A stretch of 64,000 bases of DNA, from assembly GCA_965644295.1 (NCBI GenBank), contig CBFFRP010000380.1, positions 124,001-188,000 on the forward strand. The letters run 5' to 3'. The stretch is from Paraphysomonas bandaiensis. Lineage: Eukaryota; Protista; Chrysophyceae. The translations under genes and the position numbers were made by a program. Each line of letters starts with the position of its first letter. The stretch's first letter is position 1. Positions 62,901-64,000 of the stretch are shown piece by piece. Below the pieces are notes generated by a model. It worked only from the letters and a program-made list of their open reading frames with translations, was not told the origin of the DNA and searched no databases.

Positions 62901-64000
62901 TCGCCAATACTTATTTTTGTGATGTATGTCAGACGCCCGGACGATCCTCCTATCAACAACGTGAATTCAAAGGAGAAAAACCCCGATGCTAATTCGGTAG
63001 ATTCTGTTGCCGATAAACCGAGCAAGGAAGATGAAGCATCGGAGCTCTTGAAGGTATATCAACGTATGTCACAAAACGTTACGTCATGTATCGGCATTCA
63101 GAATGCGGTGAGGATTAATCCCTACACAGCTCAAGAGCTATGGGAAAGTTCGAAGCTTGAAGATGACATTGGTACGTCTTTTTGTGATATTGGTATTCAT
63201 TTTTGCATGAGGCCGTCGCATTGTTCTATAAATATCTTGTGATTTCCTTCTAGATGTATCTAATGTACGTTGATTGACTGTTTTGGCAGGGAGCGAACCG
63301 TGTGCATTGGCGAACACGAATCATGCAAAGCTGTTGGACTATATCCATGTTCATCCTGCGCCGAAGGGTGGACACTTCGGGTTAGTAGCTGATATGTTTT
63401 CTTAGCTGTGTTAAATTTCGATTTTGATTCAGGGAAGGAAGTGTAGCAGATAGAACTACCAATCTAGGAAATCGTATATTTTGTGCGACATACACCATGG
63501 AATCCAAGCACGCTTCCAATGTTGCGGTAGGCCCTTTGAGCGCAGAATTTTCGGTCGTGTTATGTAATGGGCGTATTGTTCTCTCATGTAGACTCTGCGC
63601 AACACGTGGGGTAAACGCTGTGATGGGTGGGTTGCATTCAGTACTGTTACTGATCCAACTATACCAGGTGATTTCATCTGCTTTGCTGTGGTTCATATTA
63701 TCATGAGGATTCTTAGCATCATTTAATGCTGTGCAATTGCTTAATGCTATAGCTTATGCTGTATATTTGTATTAGCTATCCAGATCCATCATGAGGGACC
63801 AGAGAGCTATAATAACATGTGGCAGAAGGTGATTATTATATAAATGTTATTCTGAGTTGTAATCCTGCGCAGTCCCGGAGCATATGGAAGTACATTGCTC
63901 AGCATTATATGGACGAGTTTGACTGGTTTTTGATTGGCGGTGATGATATGTACTACATTATTGAGAACCTGAGGGAGTATTTAAGGTCAGAAATTTTTGT
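59933..64000 (+). CDS. Type II Golgi fusion glycosyltransferase: GALNT-like (GT27, degenerate) + 2x ShKT + core-1 beta-1,3-galactosyltransferase-like (GT31); runs off the window
   Basis: TM anchor; VIVVCHDE...IVIVDDHS, GISESRNAG, VVVFLDPG, WLSPLL, VVYPVIDI, WGPDNIELSLR|VWLC, PCSRVAV, CNDFSWYLQK|VYP; two six-Cys ShKT units; RIFCATYT...TWGKRCDG...EGPESYNNMWQK|SRSIWKYI...FDWFLIGGDDMY. Confidence 0.82.

Overview
Gene-dense eukaryotic nuclear DNA with short (about 45-110 nt, mostly GT-AG) introns and the standard genetic code. The gene content and style suggest a stramenopile, possibly a chrysophyte (inference). About 21 protein-coding genes are supportable. Housekeeping genes include TRAPPC9/Trs120, MTHFR, SPC25, SLX1, SNF8/VPS22, an ABHD14-like hydrolase, a rhodanese, an RRM protein, and EamA, CPA2 and MFS transporters. 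There is also a membrane hybrid histidine kinase and several glycan-modifying enzymes. The most notable observations are: (1) an intron-containing chromatin-type protein (AT-hook + Tudor-like + ELM2-like) carrying four tandem NUMOD1/IENR1-like DNA-binding domains, a domain typical of phage, intron and giant-virus homing endonucleases, with no nuclease domain seen, so possibly a domesticated transcription-factor family; (2) a single gene fusing a degenerate polypeptide-GalNAc-transferase domain, two ShKT domains and a core-1 beta-1,3-galactosyltransferase domain; (3) a DHRS12-type SDR fused to a lipocalin; (4) a LamG-GT-A-GT-B multi-glycosyltransferase; (5) a 1.75 kb foldback element with a nested MITE; (6) a ~135 bp repeat found three times, twice in the same orientation just upstream of start codons; (7) a sulfotransferase gene bracketed by direct duplications of the SNF8 3' end. 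Exon boundaries were read by eye and are approximate.
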